The notes under the pieces were generated by a model. That model was not told the DNA's origin and made no database searches. It was given only the letters and a program-made list of their open reading frames with translations. The translations under genes and the position numbers were made by a program. Shown in pieces: positions 12,623 through 22,163 of a stretch of 64,000 bases of DNA (the first letter of the stretch is position 1; each line of letters starts with the position of its first letter). The DNA is from Planctomycetota bacterium (GTDB lineage: Bacteria > Planctomycetota > Planctomycetia > Pirellulales > Lacipirellulaceae): positions 1-64,000 of the forward strand of contig JBCCXZ010000004.1 of assembly GCA_039190745.1 (NCBI GenBank). Reading direction: 5' to 3'.

Positions 12623-14785
12623 ATGGCCGGCGGAACCCACACCCACAGAGCTCCGCTAGCCGCGCTCTGCGTCTTCTGTTTGGTCACCGGCGGCGCCCCG
12701 GCCGTCGCCGTCGACGTCTGGCTCACCACCGGCGACCGCTCCAGCCTCCTCGACCAACAGCAGGACCTTATCTTCGAGCCCGGCAACGGCTCCGGCGGGT
12801 TCACCATCACAGTCGACCCCTCCACCACCTACCAGACCATCGACGGCTTCGGCGCCTCGCTCACCGACTCCTCCGCTTGGCTCATCGAGAACGAGCTGAA
12901 CAGCTCCCAGCGCGACAAGCTGATGAACCTGCTGTTCGACCCGGAGAGCGGCGTCGGCCTCAGCTACCTCCGCCAGCCGATGGGCTCGCCCGACTTCACC
13001 GCCTCGGGCTTCTACACCTACAACGACCTCCCCCCCGGCCAGACCGACGTCTCGCAGAGCCAGTTCTCCATCGCCCACGACCAGCAGTACATCATCCCCC
13101 AGCTGCTCCAGGCCCAGGCGATCAACCCAGACCTCAGCATCATGGCCTCCCCTTGGTCGGCCCCCGCGTGGATGAAAACCAACGGCTCGCTCATCGGCGG
13201 CCAGCTCCAATCGCAGTACCACGCCTCGTACGCCCGCTACTTCCGCAAGTTCATCGAGGCCTACGCCGCCGAGGGGCTAGAGATCGACGCGGTCACCCTC
13301 CAGAACGAGCCGCTCTTCTCGCCCTCCAACTACCCGGGCATGACCATGTCCTCCGCCCAGCAGGGCGACATCATCAAGAACCACCTCGGCCCCGAGTTCC
13401 AGGCCGCCGGCATCAACACCGACATCGTCCTCTACGACCACAACTGGGACGTCACCAGCTACGCCATCGACCAGCTCAACGACCCCGGCGTCAAGCAGTA
13501 CGTCGCCGGCACCGCCTTCCACGGCTACGCGGGGGACGTCTCCGCCCAGTCGACCGTCCACAACGCCCACCCCGACCGCGGCGTCTACTTCACCGAGATC
13601 TCCGGCGGCGACTTCGCCCCCAACTTCTCCGACAATCTCGTCTTCGGCGTCGAGAACATCATCATCGGCAACACCCGCAACTGGGGCAAAACCGCCGTCT
13701 ACTGGAACCTCGCCCTCGACCAAAACAACGGCCCCCACCTCGGCGGCTGCAGCGACTGCCGCGGCGTGGTGACCATCGACACCGGCAGCGGCGACGTCAC
13801 CCTGAACGAGGAGTACTACACGCTCGCCCACGCCAGCAAGTTCGTCCAGCCCGGCGCCGCGCGGATCGACTCACGCACCATCAACGGCGTCGTCGAGACT
13901 GTCGCCTTCGAAAACCCCGACGGCTCCCGCGCCCTGATTGCCCTAAACCCCGGCAACGCGACCCGCGACTTCCGGATCGTTGAGGGCGGCGAGCACGTCG
14001 CCTACTCACTGCCCGGCAAGAGCGTCGCCACCTTCACCTGGCCCACCCGCAACGCCGACTTCGACAACGGCGGCTTCGAGCAGCTCGGGGGCTCCACCCA
14101 GGGCTGGATCGATTTCGGCAACGCCGCCGGCAACGTCGAGGCCTCGGAAGAACACGTCCTGTCCGGCGACTACGCCCTCGAACTCTTCGGCCAGTCCAAC
14201 GGCCCGAACAACTTCTCCGGCGTCTCGCAGGGCATGAGCGTTGAGGCCGGCGACGTCGTCCGCGCCACCGCCAGCACGTTCATCGACTCGCTCGACTCGC
14301 TCGCCGGCACCGGCAACGAAGTCGTCATGAAGATCGAGTTCTTCGACGAGTTCGGCGGCCAGTTCGGCACGCCCGACCTGATCGAAGAGCACCAGATCAC
14401 CATCGCCGATGCGCTCTCCGCCAACGACGCCTGGCAAGACCACTCCCTCGAACGCACCGCCCCCGCCGGAGCCAAAGAGGCCCGCCTCGTGTTCTTCTTC
14501 TTCCAGCCGTCCTTCGAGTCCGGCTCGGTGTTCGTCGACGCCAGCTCGATCGAACTCGTCACCAACCCTTTGAGCGACCTCGACCTCGACGCAGACGTCG
14601 ACGTCGCCGACCTCCTGGCCATCCAACGCAGCGGCGACGCACAGGCCCTCGCCGACTGGGAGCTCAACTTCGGCAGCGGCGCCCAAACCCTCGCCGCGGC
14701 CACGGCTGTGCCGGAACCCGCCTCCGTGGTCGCAGCGATCGCATGCCTCGCGTTCGTCGTTGCGGCCCGCTTTAGCCGGAACTAA
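12623..14785 (+). CDS. GH30 glycoside hydrolase (glucosylceramidase/endo-beta-1,6-glucanase-like) with CBM-like domain and PEP-CTERM
   Basis: YQTIDGFGASLTDSSA, ASPWSAPAWMK, QNEP (acid/base), YFTE (nucleophile), HASKFVQPGA, then an NGGFE module and VPEP-TM. Confidence 0.92.
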   Translation: MAGGTHTHRAPLAALCVFCLVTGGAPAVAVDVWLTTGDRSSLLDQQQDLIFEPGNGSGGFTITVDPSTTYQTIDGFGASLTDSSAWLIENELNSSQRDKLMNLLFDPESGVGLSYLRQPMGSPDFTASGFYTYNDLPPGQTDVSQSQFSIAHDQQYIIPQLLQAQAINPDLSIMASPWSAPAWMKTNGSLIGGQLQSQYHASYARYFRKFIEAYAAEGLEIDAVTLQNEPLFSPSNYPGMTMSSAQQGDIIKNHLGPEFQAAGINTDIVLYDHNWDVTSYAIDQLNDPGVKQYVAGTAFHGYAGDVSAQSTVHNAHPDRGVYFTEISGGDFAPNFSDNLVFGVENIIIGNTRNWGKTAVYWNLALDQNNGPHLGGCSDCRGVVTIDTGSGDVTLNEEYYTLAHASKFVQPGAARIDSRTINGVVETVAFENPDGSRALIALNPGNATRDFRIVEGGEHVAYSLPGKSVATFTWPTRNADFDNGGFEQLGGSTQGWIDFGNAAGNVEASEEHVLSGDYALELFGQSNGPNNFSGVSQGMSVEAGDVVRATASTFIDSLDSLAGTGNEVVMKIEFFDEFGGQFGTPDLIEEHQITIADALSANDAWQDHSLERTAPAGAKEARLVFFFFQPSFESGSVFVDASSIELVTNPLSDLDLDADVDVADLLAIQRSGDAQALADWELNFGSGAQTLAAATAVPEPASVVAAIACLAFVVAARFSRN

Positions 14786-14793
14786 GCTGCCGA

Positions 14794-15282
14794 TCAATCG
14801 CTCCGCCGGGCGTACTTCCGCAGCATCTCGGTCGTCAGCTCGATAACAAACTCGTTCGCCTCGTCCGCCGAGATCGACTTCCGCTGCGGCAGCGAAACCT
14901 CGCCCCAAGAAGACTTTTTCTTCGCCGCCTTCGGTTTACCCGGCTCCCGGGTCTGGGCCGAGTCGCCCATCTTGTAGAGAGTCACCCAGTGATCACCGAC
15001 CACCGCCCCGTCCCCGGGCTTGTAGGTGCTCAGCTCGAACACGCCCTCTTCGTTGAGCATCCCAAACGCCGGCTTACCGACCTTGTAGCTGCTGCCGGCG
15101 GTCGCCGGGGCGAACATCACTTTGGCGCCGGTCAACGGCTGCCCGTCGACGGTCACCCGCCCCGCCGCCGGGGCTAAGTCATAAGGCGGCGAATCGCACC
15201 CCGCGAGCAACGCGCCCGTCAGCGTCAGCAGGCCGAGGCCCCTCCGGCAAACTCTAAGCCCCATCCGGGAAACTCTAAGCAT
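14794..15282 (-). CDS. Lipoprotein partner of DUF1559
   Basis: Lipobox LAGC; G.VTVDGQPL..A.V.F.P..FELSTY...DGAVVGDH.V pattern; directly downstream of a DUF1559 gene. Confidence 0.82.
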   Translation of the reverse strand: MLRVSRMGLRVCRRGLGLLTLTGALLAGCDSPPYDLAPAAGRVTVDGQPLTGAKVMFAPATAGSSYKVGKPAFGMLNEEGVFELSTYKPGDGAVVGDHWVTLYKMGDSAQTREPGKPKAAKKKSSWGEVSLPQRKSISADEANEFVIELTTEMLRKYARRSD

Positions 15283-15306
15283 AGTCGTGTGCCCCGCGGC
15301 CGAGAA

Positions 15307-16392
15307 TCAATCGATCGGTTCCAGGATCCGCCCGTCGATCCGGTCGCCCAGCAGCCAGAAGACCTCCGTCGACAAGTCTTCGGTCAGAAAATGGACCGAC
15401 CCGTCCACAAAAGCAAAGAACGCCCCGCCCTGGTGCCAGCTGAACGCGCAGTCGTCGGCCGACCCGCCGCTCGGGAGCTGGCTGATAGTGAACTCGTCCA
15501 AGGGGAATCTGGCCACCCCCCCGATGTTACAGTTGATCGGTTTCTCGGTCTTGAACAGCGTGCTGCCGTCTTCGCCCACCGCACCGGCCCAAATCGGGTA
15601 GTTGTCCAACGTCGTGAAGTACGACGCCTCGCCCACAGCGATCGTGTTGCTAAGGCCATCGCTCACGTCCTTCACGCGGATTTTCTCAATTGGGTCTTTC
15701 TGTACAGTGTCGAGCGTGCCGTCGCCGTCGATGTCGATGAAAAAGCAACTAAACTCACCCAATGCCTCGGCGGTCCGCAGGAACATGCCGCGGTCGCACG
15801 GTCCGCGTGAGCCCTTGTAGTGGGACGTACCCATACCTTCTTTCTCGTAAGGCCCTCCGGCCACACCGATGTACGCCCCGTCCACCCGCTCGGGCAATCC
15901 GGTCGATGGACACAGAAATGTTGAAATCACCGTGTCAGTACCCGGAACTAAAGGAGGCGTAAAGCTTCCCGTCCATGCGCTGAAAAAGAACCCCGTTGCA
16001 AACGGGTCGGTACTGTTGGCGATCTTCCAAGGGTTGCCCTCAAACCCAGGAACGCTGTTGTTCACCAGCAAGTCGTACGAGGCCTGCTGATCGAGATTCG
16101 GCAGGATCCGGCTCGCCCAACCAAGCCCGTCCTCGTCGGCAAACGACTTCTTGATCGCTCCCGAGTACAGCCCCCGCGGGAACTCCCGGTAAGCCGACTC
16201 GTAAGCCAACAACGCCAGGCCGATCTGCTTCAGGTTGTTGGCACAAGAAATCCGCCGGGCCGACTCCCGCGCCGACTGGATCGCCGGCAACAGCAAAGCC
16301 ACCAAGACGCCGATGATTGCGATCACGACCAGCAACTCAACAAGCGTGAAGGCGCGTCGGCTGCAAAGCTTCTTGGTCGGTGGCAACTGCAT
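15307..16392 (-). CDS. DUF1559 prepilin-type protein with H-X9-DG C-terminus
   Basis: [40 protein letters not shown]. Start ATG 16392. Confidence 0.93.
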   Translation of the reverse strand: MQLPPTKKLCSRRAFTLVELLVVIAIIGVLVALLLPAIQSARESARRISCANNLKQIGLALLAYESAYREFPRGLYSGAIKKSFADEDGLGWASRILPNLDQQASYDLLVNNSVPGFEGNPWKIANSTDPFATGFFFSAWTGSFTPPLVPGTDTVISTFLCPSTGLPERVDGAYIGVAGGPYEKEGMGTSHYKGSRGPCDRGMFLRTAEALGEFSCFFIDIDGDGTLDTVQKDPIEKIRVKDVSDGLSNTIAVGEASYFTTLDNYPIWAGAVGEDGSTLFKTEKPINCNIGGVARFPLDEFTISQLPSGGSADDCAFSWHQGGAFFAFVDGSVHFLTEDLSTEVFWLLGDRIDGRILEPID

Positions 16393-16472
16393 ACTTGTTT
16401 GAGCTTCCTGTTGGGGGTGGCGAACAACCAAGAGCGAGCAACTTAATCTGCTGACAGCGGCGTCGACAACCG

Positions 16473-16511
16473 CTTCACACAATCCTTGCTCGATCTTCAC
16501 GAACGTTTCAC
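16473..16511. promoter_or_regulatory. Candidate PhoB/OmpR-family direct-repeat box
   Basis: CTTCAC (16473), CTTCAC (16495) and TTTCAC (16506) on an 11-bp register in a divergent intergenic region. Confidence 0.4.
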
Positions 16512-16793
16512 ATCTCACCCGTTTCCAGATGTTCCGCTCGCAGAGACAATTGCCGCAACGGTGCTCCTAAAGAGATACCAGTGACCGGTACCTAGTCGCG
16601 CTCTCTCCTCCCGAAGAAGGACTGCTCGAAGCCGACAGATCCGCAAGGCAGAGCAGCAAACACCAAGCGCTAAACCGGCCGCCGCTTCGGCCGTACAACA
16701 ATCCTGTCGTCGCCCCAAGCCGATGCCGCCCCGAGCAGCGACGGCCCAAGGCGATCCATCCACGACGCCGCCCACCAGAAGGATCTCCACACG

Positions 16794-18188
16794 ATGAGAC
16801 TGCTCAGCGTACGCAATCACCTAGCCTCCACAGTCGCGGCCTCTGCATTCGCGATCTCTCTGCTCGCTACGACCCTGCCGAACACGGCCTCAGCCGATCT
16901 CTACATCAACGAAATCTTCTTCGACCCGGGCGGAAACGGCGAGGACGACCGCGACGAGTACATCGAACTCCGCGGCACGCCCGGGATGTCCCTCGCAAAC
17001 CACTACCTCATTTTCATCGAGGCCGAGGACAACCGCTTCGACAGCGGCGGGGCCGGCCTCATCGAGAACATCTTCAGCCTCGGAGACGACCCCCTCACCC
17101 CTGCCGTCGAGACCGCATTCACCCTCGGAACCGATGACGGCAACGGCAACGGCTTCCTCACCATCCGCCAGAAGGGCTCGCTCTACACCGCCCCGCCCGC
17201 CGGCGTCACCGACCTCATCAACACCGGCAGCGGCGTCGGCTACGGCAACGGAGCCTCCAGCACCATCCGTGCACAGGACGAGTCCGACCCGCTCGACGAC
17301 AACACCGTCGGCCGGCTCGAGAACGGCGGCTGGACCGCCATGCTCATCCGCGACGACAGCGCGGCCAACGCACCCTTCCTGGGCCAAGACCTCGACCAGA
17401 ACAACGACGGGCTCGACCCCGCCTCCGCCGACATCGGCGACTGGAACGATCATTGGACCATCCTCGACTCGATCGGCATGACCGAGCCCGGCGAGGGCGG
17501 CAACGCCCGCTACTACGGGGCGGTCAATTACGGCAACGAGTACCCGGGGCAGCCGCTCCCCAGCATCCTCGGCGGACCCACCATGGTCCCCGACCTCGAG
17601 CCCGGCGCCGTCTACGTCCCTGTTGGCTTCGAGATCGAGTACCTCGGCCGCTGGGGCGACTCCACCGATCAAACCCCCGCCGACTGGCACGTCTCTAACC
17701 TCAGCGACGACCCCCTCACCGGTTCCACAGGCGTACCCGGAACCGGCGGCATCCCCGACTGGCGCCAAGCGGCCGACCCCCACGGCGTCGGAGCCGCTGA
17801 CCAGTTCGTCGAGACCACCCAGGGCGTCCCCTACGGGACCCCCCTGACCACCACCATCGGATCCTCGAACCTGTTCATCCGCGACGGCGACTTCGGCATT
17901 CCCGACGGCGACGTCGACGCGGCCGACCTCGCCGTCTGGGAAACCAACCTCGGCTTCGGCATCGGAGACGACGGCTTCTTCTTCAGCGGCTCCGACGGCC
18001 CCACCGCCACCCGCACCCACGGCGACGCCGACAACAACCGCCTGGTCGACCTCTTCGACCTCATGCGTTGGCAACGGAACTACACCGGCGCCCTGCCGGT
18101 CTCCGCCGTCCAGACCGTGCCCGAACCCGCCTCGGCAATCACGGCATTGCTCGCCGGAGCCGCGTTGCTCATCCGCCGGCAGCGGTAA
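16794..18188 (+). CDS. Lamin-tail-domain PEP-CTERM protein
   Basis: Signal peptide; LYINEIFFDPGG...DEYIELRG; dockerin-like repeats; VPEP-TM-RRQR. Confidence 0.82.
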   Translation: MRLLSVRNHLASTVAASAFAISLLATTLPNTASADLYINEIFFDPGGNGEDDRDEYIELRGTPGMSLANHYLIFIEAEDNRFDSGGAGLIENIFSLGDDPLTPAVETAFTLGTDDGNGNGFLTIRQKGSLYTAPPAGVTDLINTGSGVGYGNGASSTIRAQDESDPLDDNTVGRLENGGWTAMLIRDDSAANAPFLGQDLDQNNDGLDPASADIGDWNDHWTILDSIGMTEPGEGGNARYYGAVNYGNEYPGQPLPSILGGPTMVPDLEPGAVYVPVGFEIEYLGRWGDSTDQTPADWHVSNLSDDPLTGSTGVPGTGGIPDWRQAADPHGVGAADQFVETTQGVPYGTPLTTTIGSSNLFIRDGDFGIPDGDVDAADLAVWETNLGFGIGDDGFFFSGSDGPTATRTHGDADNNRLVDLFDLMRWQRNYTGALPVSAVQTVPEPASAITALLAGAALLIRRQR

Positions 18189-18223
18189 GCAAGCGAGCCG
18201 GAAGCAACAGATAGCCGCGCAGC

Positions 18224-18261
18224 AAACGAGCCCCCGGGAGAGAACACCCGGGGGCTCGTTT
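18224..18261. terminator. Hairpin terminator, possibly bidirectional
   Basis: Perfect 15-bp stem AAACGAGCCCCCGGG-N8-CCCGGGGGCTCGTTT. Confidence 0.75.
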
Positions 18262-18282
18262 CGTAAGCGGCAGGCGTTTCTT

Positions 18283-18307
18283 GTAGGAGGCCTCTCTGAG
18301 GCCGATT
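18283..18307 (+). repeat. GTAG-type REP, single copy
   Basis: GTAGGAGGCCTCTCTGAGGCCGATT, one mismatch from the copy at 59579. Confidence 0.75.
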
Positions 18308-18469
18308 ACGGCATCCAAAGTCGAACCGCAACACCCTTCCGGCAACAGCCTCTCCCCACCCGCACTCTCGCTGGGGCGCCTCCGATACACGCCCCAGCTA
18401 CCCCCCGCAGCCAAACCCTGCAGCCTGGCAAAGACGCACGCCTCTTCAGGCCCCCTTCCGGCTAGGCAC

Positions 18470-18511
18470 AAAAAAGCACCCCCGGCCGCCACTGGGGCGG
18501 CCGGGGGTGTT
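18470..18511 (-). terminator. Rho-independent terminator of the 18591..19328 gene
   Basis: A6 followed by GCACCCCCGGCCGCC-loop-GGCGGCCGGGGGTGT. Confidence 0.8.
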
Positions 18512-18590
18512 ATGGTGATCGAACGGGCTTCAATCAAAGGTGCCGTTCGTGGAAGCCAGAAGCTTGCCGTTCGCTCAACTCAGTCAGAAA

Positions 18591-19328
18591 CTACCGACGC
18601 CGACGGGCGAGGGCGGCGAGGCCCAGGCCGATCAGAGCCAGCGAGGCGGGCTCGGGCACCACGGTGCCGGGCGAGCCGATCGAGTGGCCGGCAGCGTCGT
18701 CGCCGGCGAGCCCGTTGCTCTCGTAGGCGCCGAGCTGACCGACCACCGCGAGACGGGCCGGGGCTTCGATGATGTTGCCCGGAGCGGTCAGGAAGTCGCC
18801 GTTGAGCTCCGCGACGTAAGTCTCGTTCAGGCCGCCGGTCGGGTAGATGGCGCCGTCGATGATTTCAGAAGTGAGCAGGTTGCCGTCGAACAGCGTCACG
18901 GCGTCGCTGCCGCTGCCCAGCCCAGAACCGTCACTGATATAACCGATCTGCACGCCCGCAAGGTTGCCGTTGGGCGCGCCCCACTGCGTGACGAAATCGT
19001 CAATCGCATCTTGAGCAGTAGCCCAATCGTCCTCCCAAGAAACGAGCACAACCACCGACTCACCGGGGGCAATCGTGTCGATGCCGATCAGCGGGTCGTT
19101 CTTCGTCGGATCAAACGAATCGTCGTCGTAGTACACATTCCCGTCCAAGCCGGTCGCCGCGCCCGAGCCAAAGTTGGTCACCTCGAACCAGTCGGAAGTG
19201 GCGTCCGGGCCGCTCACGCCCGACCACAGCTCGGTAATCTTGAGATCAGCAGCCGAAAGGTCGAGCTGGGCGTTGGCCGAACCGGCCGCGCACAGCGACA
19301 AAGCGATTGCGCAGAGCGTCTTCTTCAT
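18591..19328 (-). CDS. Lamin-tail-domain PEP-CTERM protein
   Basis: Signal peptide; LKITELWSG...DWFEVTNFG..IAPGESVV; VPEP-TM-RRRR. Confidence 0.85.
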   Translation of the reverse strand: MKKTLCAIALSLCAAGSANAQLDLSAADLKITELWSGVSGPDATSDWFEVTNFGSGAATGLDGNVYYDDDSFDPTKNDPLIGIDTIAPGESVVVLVSWEDDWATAQDAIDDFVTQWGAPNGNLAGVQIGYISDGSGLGSGSDAVTLFDGNLLTSEIIDGAIYPTGGLNETYVAELNGDFLTAPGNIIEAPARLAVVGQLGAYESNGLAGDDAAGHSIGSPGTVVPEPASLALIGLGLAALARRRR

Positions 19329-19598
19329 TAGAACAGTTCTCCTAGCAGCAGAATCTTCGATGACAGGCCAGACGCGGGGGGAAGGTTTGCTACGACGCCC
19401 GGCACAATCCGGAGCCGTGGAGCACCCCCTCTTCGGGAGTGAGTACTCGGCAGCCGCACCCGTGCGGCGACTACGCAGCGCTGGCCAAGAGCTGAGGAGA
19501 ATAAAGGCCCTTTGTGAAGAAGACGCTAAGCCAAGACGCTGCTAATCGTTAAGACTTCGCGTAGGCATCAAGCCAATCTACCTGCTCGAAAGCAAACG

Positions 19599-19877
19599 GA
19601 TTTCAAGAGCAAGTGGCCGCGCAATAATGTATACATATGAACACACTTCAAGAGCCGCGAGTCCCATCACGCTACACGAACAACCCAGGCAGCAGGAGCC
19701 GCCCATTGAGTCCCAGAAAACACAACGCTACGGAACGTAAACTCGAGTGATTTAGTCCGCCCACAGCTAGCCGCCAAGCTACAAACCGCGCGTCAAACCC
19801 GCACCCGACGTGACAAAAGAAGCGAGTTTTGGCGTATCGCCGCGTGTGCCCGATTCCGAGCCAAAAGACAAAACAGC
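19599..19877 (+). repeat. ~280-bp conserved non-coding element, copy 1
   Basis: Homologous to the reverse complement of 40144..40426; the core 19809-19873 matches 58/65 nt by hand alignment. Confidence 0.85.
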
Positions 19878-19904
19878 CGGCCACTCGTCACCAACGGCCC
19901 GTCG

Positions 19905-22139
19905 TCAAAGCGGCCGCCGCCCGGCCCGGTACGCCTCCAGCCTCGAGCGGAGCTGCTCGACCGTCGCCTCCGGGGCCCGGCCCTCGGCCGCCTTCACAGC
20001 GGCCTCCATCGTCGCCGAAGCCGACTCGAAATCCCCCGCAGCCGCTTGGCACATCGCCAGCGTGTCGACCACGCCCAGGTTCGCCCCGCCCGTCTGCCGC
20101 ACCGCCAACTCCGCCGCCGCCAACGCCTCCGCCGCCTGCGCCGCGGTGGGCTCCGGCAACGAAGCCAGCGTCCGGGCCAACCCGTTCAACGCCGCCAGAT
20201 ACTCCGGATCGAGCCGCACCGCTTCGCGGAACTGCTCGCACGCCGCCCCGGCATCGCCGTTCTTCGCCAACGCCAACCCCAGGTTGTACCGCCACACCGG
20301 CCGCTCCGAATCAACCGCAACCGCAGAGCGGTACGCTTCGACCGCCCGCCCCGCGTCGCCCGAAACCAAGTAGGCATTCCCCAAGTTGTACGCCGCCTCT
20401 GCTGACTCCGGCCGCAACCGGGCCGCGGCCTCCAAGTGCTCCACCGCCTCAGCGGCCCGCCCCTCCTTCAGCAGCAGCCCGCCCAAGTTGTACCTCGCAT
20501 CAAACAAGCCCGGCGCCGCCTCAATGGCCGCCTCGTACGCCGCCCGGGCGCCCGCCGCGTCCCCCAACTCGCTGAGCACGTACCCCAGGTTGAAAGACGC
20601 CTCCGCATGATCCGGCGCCGCCACAGCCGCATCTCGATAGTGCACCGCCGCCTCCGCAAGCCGGCCGCTGCCCTCCAAAGCCACACCCAGGTTGAAATGC
20701 GCTTTCGAGTACCCGGGACGCAGCACCAACGCCTGCTCCAACGCGGCGACCGCCTCGCTCTCCTGCCCCGCGTCTGCCAACCTCACGCCCAGATTGAGCT
20801 GCGAGCCGGCCAGCTTGATCCTCGCATCCGAATCCTCAGGCAGCTCCTCGATCTGGAACCGAGTCACCAACCCGTTCAGGTAAGCAGACCCCAGCTCCGC
20901 GCGACCCGCGTTGATCAACTCGTTGGTAATCGAGAGCTCGCTCAACGGACCGGCGGTCGGCCGCTCCACCCAGAAACCCGGGAACGGCTGCGCCGCCAGG
21001 AAGACTTCTTCGTCGTCGACGGACAGCAGGGCCGCGTCGGACAGCAGCGTTTTCAACTCGGTCGCCCCCTTGTAGACCGCCGCCAGCCGGCCGCGGCCGT
21101 CGATCAAGAAAGAGGTCGGCACCGGCATAGGCCCCTTGTTATCCAGGAGCCCTCGGAGCACAAGGTTCAGGTCCGTTACCAACGCATCCCCAGCGACCCC
21201 AGATCCGAACGGCCACTCCGCCGAGCCCTCCAGCCAAGCCCGGGCCTTCTCGCGCTCTTCCGGCTTGTCGACCGACAGAGCCAGCACATCGATCCCCGCC
21301 TCACGCAGCCGTTCAGCTTCGGTGCTCCACTCCTTCAGCTCTCTCGAGCAAGGGACGCACCAACTCGCCCACAGGTTGACCAGCACCGGCCGCCCCGGCT
21401 CCAACAGCGGCGCCCTGCCGCCGTCAAACCGCTCGTACTGCAGCCCTGGCATCGGCACCCGCCCGGCGAGCCAGATGCGTGCCGCATCGGTCCACGGCTC
21501 CGGGGCCAGCGGCTCCGAACGCAACGCTACGGCCGGACGCCGCGCGAGCGGCTCGGCGCGGCCGGAACCTTCCACAAGCAAGTACCGCCGGCCAGGCCCC
21601 AGACCGTTGAACTCCTCCGCCGGCCCGCCGGGCCAACGCACAACAACTCGATCCGCCGGCTGGTCGCCCAAGCCGAAGTGCACCAGCTTGCTCGACTGCG
21701 CGAGGTACCCCTCACCAGCACGGACCGTGTCGACCTGGAGCGGTCGGTCTCCGCCCTGAGCGTACAACTCGATTCGGGCCCCAATCGCGTCGCGGTTGAC
21801 GGTCGTCCCGCGCAACACCAGCTGGAGCGAACGCCCGCCGTCGGCAGATGTATTCCGCAGAATCCGCAGCCTCGGGGCCGTCCGGTTGGCCGAGACGACA
21901 TCGACCGCGCCGTCGCCGTCCCAGTCCGTGACGCCCAACGCCCGGCCGTCGTCGGGAAAATCAAACCCGGCCACGCTCGAGACGTCGGCGTAAGGGAACG
22001 AGCCTCGATTGAGGTAGCAACAATTCCGCTCTCGGCCGCTGAAAGAACCGCCGGTCTGCAGCAGCTCGAACAACGCCTCCCAGCCCTGCCGGTAAGCGTC
22101 GCCCACACTGTGGGTGTAGTCATTGGGCGATTGCGACAC
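19905..22139 (-). CDS. ASPIC/UnbV, thioredoxin-like (WCVPC) and TPR protein; probably the C-terminal part of a UGA-readthrough protein
   Basis: DWDGDGAVD blade; NRDAIGARI..GEGYLAQSS..HFGLG..VRWPGG; NLWASWCVPC; multiple TPRs. In frame with the upstream ORF. Confidence 0.85.
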   Translation of the reverse strand: MSQSPNDYTHSVGDAYRQGWEALFELLQTGGSFSGRERNCCYLNRGSFPYADVSSVAGFDFPDDGRALGVTDWDGDGAVDVVSANRTAPRLRILRNTSADGGRSLQLVLRGTTVNRDAIGARIELYAQGGDRPLQVDTVRAGEGYLAQSSKLVHFGLGDQPADRVVVRWPGGPAEEFNGLGPGRRYLLVEGSGRAEPLARRPAVALRSEPLAPEPWTDAARIWLAGRVPMPGLQYERFDGGRAPLLEPGRPVLVNLWASWCVPCSRELKEWSTEAERLREAGIDVLALSVDKPEEREKARAWLEGSAEWPFGSGVAGDALVTDLNLVLRGLLDNKGPMPVPTSFLIDGRGRLAAVYKGATELKTLLSDAALLSVDDEEVFLAAQPFPGFWVERPTAGPLSELSITNELINAGRAELGSAYLNGLVTRFQIEELPEDSDARIKLAGSQLNLGVRLADAGQESEAVAALEQALVLRPGYSKAHFNLGVALEGSGRLAEAAVHYRDAAVAAPDHAEASFNLGYVLSELGDAAGARAAYEAAIEAAPGLFDARYNLGGLLLKEGRAAEAVEHLEAAARLRPESAEAAYNLGNAYLVSGDAGRAVEAYRSAVAVDSERPVWRYNLGLALAKNGDAGAACEQFREAVRLDPEYLAALNGLARTLASLPEPTAAQAAEALAAAELAVRQTGGANLGVVDTLAMCQAAAGDFESASATMEAAVKAAEGRAPEATVEQLRSRLEAYRAGRRPL

Positions 22140-22163
22140 GACCTGCCGCCAGTAGAAACTTCA
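22133..22163 (-). other. In-frame UGA plus SECIS-like hairpin (candidate selenocysteine recoding site)
   Basis: mRNA UGA-AGUUUCUACUG(11 nt)-GCGGCA-GGUCG-UGUCGC: 6-bp stem with a GGU-containing loop. Confidence 0.6.

Noticed and set aside
19617..19644. Resemblance to E. coli dif (ATAATGTATA core)
   Set aside because: The normally well-conserved XerD arm TTATGTTAAAT is not matched, and the second copy of the element lacks the core.
19637..19884. Small ORFs inside the repeated element (37-aa MNTLQ..., 70-aa minus-strand ORF, FWRIAAC frame)
   Set aside because: Starts and stops are not shared between the two copies; peptide similarity simply reflects DNA identity.
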